64,000 nt of DNA, from NCBI GenBank assembly GCA_035641315.1, contig DASQUK010000244.1, positions 45,303-109,302 on the forward strand, in the 5' to 3' direction. The DNA comes from Acidimicrobiales bacterium. Its GTDB lineage: Bacteria > Actinomycetota > Acidimicrobiia > Acidimicrobiales > VFJN01. Under the pieces are notes generated by a model. The model was not told the DNA's origin. It searched no databases and worked only from the letters and a program-made list of their open reading frames with translations. Each line of letters opens with the position of its first letter. Within the stretch, counting starts at the first letter, position 1. Below, piece by piece: positions 60,502 to 64,000 of this stretch. A program made the translations under genes and the position numbers.

Positions 60502-60678
60502 CTATCTGCTGAGCACGCGCTCTCTGGCGATGACCTTGTTGCAGAGGTCGACGCAGGCGTTGCAGATGTAGACGCCTGGTCCGGCGACCAGGAACTTGAC
60601 CTTGTTCCGAGGCTTTCGGCAGAACGAGCATCGGAGTGAACGGTCGTCGCAGCCGCGGGTGCGCCATCGCCCGAACAT
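60502..60678 (-). CDS. ClpX-type C4 zinc-finger miniprotein (58 aa)
   Basis: Below the ORF-track cutoff. Manual translation: [62 protein letters not shown]...ICNAC matches the ClpX ZB-domain pattern. Confidence 0.6.
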   Translation of the reverse strand: MFGRWRTRGCDDRSLRCSFCRKPRNKVKFLVAGPGVYICNACVDLCNKVIARERVLSR

Positions 60679-60830
60679 CAGGCGTCAGCGTACGACGGGA
60701 GTCATCCCGGGGCGATCGCCTAGCCGGTAGCGAGGTCCATGTGGGTCGCGCCCCTGGCGGCGGTCTCGGCGTCGGGGATCCCCGCTTGGAGCACAGCGCG
60801 GTCACGGAAGCCGGTCACCCTGGTGCCCGC

Positions 60831-61436
60831 TTAGAGCCAACCCTTGTCGCGGGCTAGGCGCAGTGCCTCGATCCGGTTGCGGGCGCCGGTCTTGCCGATC
60901 GCCGAGGAGAGGTAGTTGCGCACGGTGCCCTCCGACAGGAAGAGCCGCCGGGCGACCTCGGCAACGGGTGACCCGTCCTCGCTTGCTTCAAGCACTTCGC
61001 GCTCCCGGGGTGTGAAGGGGCTCTCACTTGTCTGGAGGGCGGCGGCGGCCAGCTCGGGGTCGATGATCCGTTGTCCGGTGATAGCGCGGCGGACGGCGTC
61101 GGCGAGCCGCTCGGCGGGTGCGTCCTTCACGAGGAAGCCCGAGGCGCCGGCCTCGATCGCCTGGCGCAGGTAGGTGGGGCGACCGAAGGTGGTGAGGATG
61201 AGAACCCGGCAGTCGGGAAGCTCCTTGCGCAGCTTCGCGGCGGCTTCGATGCCGTCCACCCCTGGCATTTCGATGTCGAGTAGGGCCACGTCCGGTTGGG
61301 CCTGCAGGGCGGTGGGGACGACCTTGTCGCCGGCGGCGACCTGTGCGACCACGTCGAGGTCGGGTTCGAGGGCGAGCAGCGCGGCGAGCGCGCTGCGCAC
61401 CATGTGTTGGTCTTCTGCGAGCAGGATCCGGATCAT
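60831..61436 (-). CDS. NarL/LuxR-family response regulator
   Basis: Receiver (ILLAEDQHMVR...DVALLDIEMPGVDG...ILTTF) plus LuxR HTH (TPREREVLEA...VAEVARRLFLSEGTVRNYLS). Confidence 0.9.
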   Translation of the reverse strand: MIRILLAEDQHMVRSALAALLALEPDLDVVAQVAAGDKVVPTALQAQPDVALLDIEMPGVDGIEAAAKLRKELPDCRVLILTTFGRPTYLRQAIEAGASGFLVKDAPAERLADAVRRAITGQRIIDPELAAAALQTSESPFTPREREVLEASEDGSPVAEVARRLFLSEGTVRNYLSSAIGKTGARNRIEALRLARDKGWL

Positions 61437-62605
61437 CGGGTCGCCAGCAAGCCGTTGCCGTGGTCCCGGATCTGTCGACCAGGCTGGGGGATGGGCACGG
61501 CGGCGATCAACCGGAAGCCGCCACCTGGCGCCGGGCCCGCCTGGAGGGTTCCCCGGGCCTCGGCGATCCGCTCGCCGAGACCGCGCAGCCCGGTCCCCGG
61601 CTCGGGTGAGTCGGAGCCACCGGTCCCGTCGTCGCGGACCTCGAGCACCGCGCGGTCACCGGCTGGTCGCAGCGCGATGTGGCAGCGTCGTGCCCGGCTG
61701 TGGCGCAGCACGTTCGTGGTCGCCTCGCGGACGGCGAACGCCAGGGGTGCCTCGACCCTGGCGGGCAGCGGGTCGCCGGTGCGCACGGTGACCTCGATGC
61801 CCGCCGCCGTCAGGGCGTCACGCGCCCAGTCGATCTCGCTGGCCAGGCTGGCTCGGCGCAGGCCGAGCACCGCGGAGCGGGCCTCATGTAGCGATTCGCG
61901 GGCCACCGCCTCGATGTCTCGCACCTCGCGCTCGGCGGCCGCCGGGTCGCGCCCCAGGAGCTTGCGGGCCAGCTCGCTCTTCAACGCGATCACCGACAGG
62001 TTGCGGCCCAGCAGATCGTGCAGGTCGCGCGCCAGACGGAGGCGCTCCTCATTGACCGCTAGGGCGGCGACCTGATCGCGCGTCGCTTCCAGTTCCCAGA
62101 CCAGCTCCATCAGCCGCCGCACTGCGATGAGCAACAGCCCGAACAGCAGCGTCTGCAGGACCACGTCATCGAGCCCACCGACGATCGTCAGCGCGGCGAC
62201 CGTGGCCCCGACCACACCCACGAGCGCGCCGCGCGTGGGCAAGGTCAGCGCCGCGGCCACGCTCAGGTAGACGAGCAACCCGAGCCACTCCTGACCAAGC
62301 ACTGCCCCGAGCACGATGGCCAGCACGGCCACGCCAGCGAGCAGAGCGAAGCCTTCCGCCCGCCGCTCGTGGGCCATCCGGGGCAGGATCCAGAACAGCC
62401 GCAGGTACGCGGCGGCAAAGGCCGCCAGGCCCCCGGCCGCGAGGATGGTCGCACCAGTGGAGAGCCGGCCGCTGGCCAGGTCGGCGAGCGGGAACACCAG
62501 CAAGAGGAGGGCACAGCCCATGCACAGCAACCGTCCACCGGCCGTGTTGTGGGCGCCGAACAGCGCGAACCACGTGCGATAGGCCGCTCGCTTGGCCTCG
62601 CTCAC
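61433..62605 (-). CDS. Sensor histidine kinase (HisKA_3 / DesK-NarX type)
   Basis: Five or six TM helices. H-box RLARDLHDLLGRNLS. N and G boxes (REATTNVLRHS, DDGTGG, GTGLRGLGER). Confidence 0.85.
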   Translation of the reverse strand: MSEAKRAAYRTWFALFGAHNTAGGRLLCMGCALLLLVFPLADLASGRLSTGATILAAGGLAAFAAAYLRLFWILPRMAHERRAEGFALLAGVAVLAIVLGAVLGQEWLGLLVYLSVAAALTLPTRGALVGVVGATVAALTIVGGLDDVVLQTLLFGLLLIAVRRLMELVWELEATRDQVAALAVNEERLRLARDLHDLLGRNLSVIALKSELARKLLGRDPAAAEREVRDIEAVARESLHEARSAVLGLRRASLASEIDWARDALTAAGIEVTVRTGDPLPARVEAPLAFAVREATTNVLRHSRARRCHIALRPAGDRAVLEVRDDGTGGSDSPEPGTGLRGLGERIAEARGTLQAGPAPGGGFRLIAAVPIPQPGRQIRDHGNGLLATR

Positions 62606-62621
62606 CTGCTCACCGTAGCGC

Positions 62622-63185
62622 TCAGCAGGTCGCGGCCGACTCCGTGCGGCGCAGCCGGGTCTCGGCCTCGTCGATGAGCGACAGGGTGGGGCAGCCGATC
62701 TGGTCGTCCCGCCGCAGGAGCACGTTGGGTATCACCGTGATCTCACACCCGGCCTGTCCCCGCCACGCAGCGACGAGCATCGTGGCCCCGTAGAACAGCA
62801 ACGCGCCGCCGGCCGTGTAGGGATTGACGACGAGCGCCACGATGACCGCACAGTTCAGGCAGATCCACATGGGTCCGGTGAGGCGCAGCGGTCCGGTCAT
62901 ATAGCGACGGGCCATCAGCCCCACGGCGAGCATGATCGCAGGCAGGACCGCCAGCCCGATGACCGGCTCGTACCACCGGACGTCCCATGACAAGCCGTCG
63001 GCGCCGGCCAGGTAGAGGAGAGCAAGGCCACCGGCCACCCGCACGGCGGTGCCCATGGGTCCGATCCGGCGACTGGTCGTCGTGTCGGTCTTCTTGTCGA
63101 TGATGGGGGTCGATTCCATGGGACGGACGGTACGGACGTGAGCGAGCATCCGGTACTGACGGATCTCCGGAACTGGTGATGACAA
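62622..63185 (-). CDS. Integral membrane protein, first gene of the three-gene sensor module
   Basis: Four hydrophobic helices. Ends 17 nt before the kinase start. Start codon uncertain (possibly the internal MESTPII). Confidence 0.5.
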   Translation of the reverse strand: MSSPVPEIRQYRMLAHVRTVRPMESTPIIDKKTDTTTSRRIGPMGTAVRVAGGLALLYLAGADGLSWDVRWYEPVIGLAVLPAIMLAVGLMARRYMTGPLRLTGPMWICLNCAVIVALVVNPYTAGGALLFYGATMLVAAWRGQAGCEITVIPNVLLRRDDQIGCPTLSLIDEAETRLRRTESAATC

Positions 63186-63243
63186 TCGTCATGAACCGGC
63201 CTTCAGGCCGACTGCGATGCCGGCCCGCGCGGCGTCGGGTATT

Positions 63244-63579
63244 TCAGGTGGGGCGGGGTGCGTACATGATGACGGCCACGCCGGCGAGGCAGATGAGGGC
63301 GCCGGTGACGTCGTAGCGATCGGGGCGGAAGCCGTCCAGGAGCATGCCCCAGGCGAGGGAGCCAGCGACGAAGATGCCGCCGTAGGCGGCGAGGATGCGG
63401 CCGAAGTGGGGGTCGTCTTGGAAGGTGGCGACGAAGCCGTAGGCGGCCAGGGCGGCGATGCCGGCGCCGATCCAGGCGAGGCCGCGGTGCTCGCGGACGC
63501 CTTGCCAGACCATCCAGGCGCCGCCGATCTCGGCGAGCGCGGCGAGGGCGAACAGCAGGATCGAGCGCAGCACGGACAT
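63244..63579 (-). CDS. ynfA: YnfA (UPF0060) family small membrane protein
   Basis: [30 protein letters not shown]...[13 protein letters not shown] pattern. 111 aa, 4 TM. Confidence 0.8.
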   Translation of the reverse strand: MSVLRSILLFALAALAEIGGAWMVWQGVREHRGLAWIGAGIAALAAYGFVATFQDDPHFGRILAAYGGIFVAGSLAWGMLLDGFRPDRYDVTGALICLAGVAVIMYAPRPT

Positions 63580-63632
63580 GGCGCGGAGCCTATGAACGCA
63601 CCGACTGCGGCCAGGAAACGCCCGACAGCCCC

Positions 63633-63664
63633 TTGACCTTGAAGTCGACTTGAAGGCTTACCCT
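63633..63664 (+). promoter_or_regulatory. Second MerR-type long-spacer promoter with near-perfect dyad
   Basis: TTGACC (63633-38), 20-nt spacer containing CCTTGAAGTCGACTTGAAGG (18/20 palindromic, core AAGTCGACTT), then TACCCT. Confidence 0.6.
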
Positions 63665-63671
63665 CACAGGC

Positions 63672-64000
63672 GTGACGACGACCTATCGGATCGCGGAGGT
63701 TGCGCAGCGCAGCGGGTTCAATCCGCCGACGCTGCGCTACTACGAGGACATCGGTCTTCTCCCGCCGCCGGAGCGGACCGAGGCCGGCTACCGGGTCTAT
63801 GACGACGCGACGTTGGACCGGTTGGGATTCATCGCCCGGGCCAAACAGCTGGGCTGCTCGCTGGAGGAGATCGGCGAGCTCACCAAGGCGTGGGAGACGG
63901 GCCTGTGCGCACCGGTCCAGAGCCGACTCCAGGCGGTAGTGGACGCCAAGATCGCCGACGCCCATGCCCGCATCGCCGAGGTGACCAAGCTCGCGGCTGA
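63672..64000 (+). CDS. MerR family (heavy-metal type) regulator, 3' end beyond window
   Basis: Manual translation from GTG 63672: VTTTYRIAEVAQRSGFNPPTLRYYEDIGLLPPPERTEAGYRVYDDATLDRLGFIARAKQLGCSLEEI... Open to the window end. Confidence 0.8.
   Translation, partial: MTTTYRIAEVAQRSGFNPPTLRYYEDIGLLPPPERTEAGYRVYDDATLDRLGFIARAKQLGCSLEEIGELTKAWETGLCAPVQSRLQAVVDAKIADAHARIAEVTKLAA

Overview
This is a very GC-rich, actinobacterial-type chromosomal segment centred on the replication origin. All calls come from reading the supplied ORF translations and the raw sequence by eye; no searches were run.

The backbone follows the classic Mycobacterium/Streptomyces oriC neighbourhood:
- cca/pcnA-like enzyme, a DUF6049 (Rv3909-like) protein, a Ser/Thr kinase, an ECF sigma factor with its anti-sigma factor, then trxB-trxA.
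- On the minus strand: parB-parA, three parS-like sites, then rsmG-jag-yidC-yidD-rnpA-rpmH.
- On the plus strand: dnaA, a candidate oriC, dnaN-recF-DUF721/DciA-like-gyrB-gyrA, a DUF3566 protein and tRNA-Ile.

A roughly 21 kb block follows, ending at tRNA-Ala. It carries:
- A saccharopine-dehydrogenase-like gene, a DUF3105 lipoprotein, a DinB-type enzyme and corA.
- A complete minus-strand FAS-II operon: fabD, a lysine-less biotinyl-like gene, fabH, fabG, acpP, fabF, a carboxyltransferase, fabI, fabZ and an IMPase.
- A divergent tandem-MerR regulator and an interrupted PAP2 gene.
- A BtuFCD-like importer behind a cobalamin riboswitch, then prfC and two secreted hydrolases.

Downstream of tRNA-Ala lies an accessory-looking segment:
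- A degenerate coiled-coil ORF.
- A minus-strand cluster of a TlyA-like methyltransferase, an ankyrin protein, APH(3'), and a second ankyrin protein.
- An HTH/Clp_N pair, two heavy-metal MerR modules with textbook long-spacer promoters, a rhodanese-CBS protein, a ClpX-zinc-finger miniprotein and a three-gene sensor module.

The most unusual observations:
1. A 171-231 bp dispersed element is present three times. Each copy sits exactly on a stop/start junction inside an operon, is co-oriented with the genes, and stays in frame with the downstream gene. This resembles mycobacterial MIRUs, but the element is fused to the downstream ORF. In the fabH copy the native start position now reads GTC, so translation apparently has to begin inside the element.
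2. A lysine-free BCCP-like gene is embedded in the fab operon.
3. A ribosome-antibiotic-related cluster (TlyA-like plus APH(3')) is bracketed by ankyrin-repeat proteins.
4. A TadE-like::M15 peptidase fusion sits next to gyrA.
5. A palindromic pair of DnaA-box 9-mers forms the trxA/parB terminator hairpin.

No rRNA, CRISPR array, transposase or integrase was recognised.
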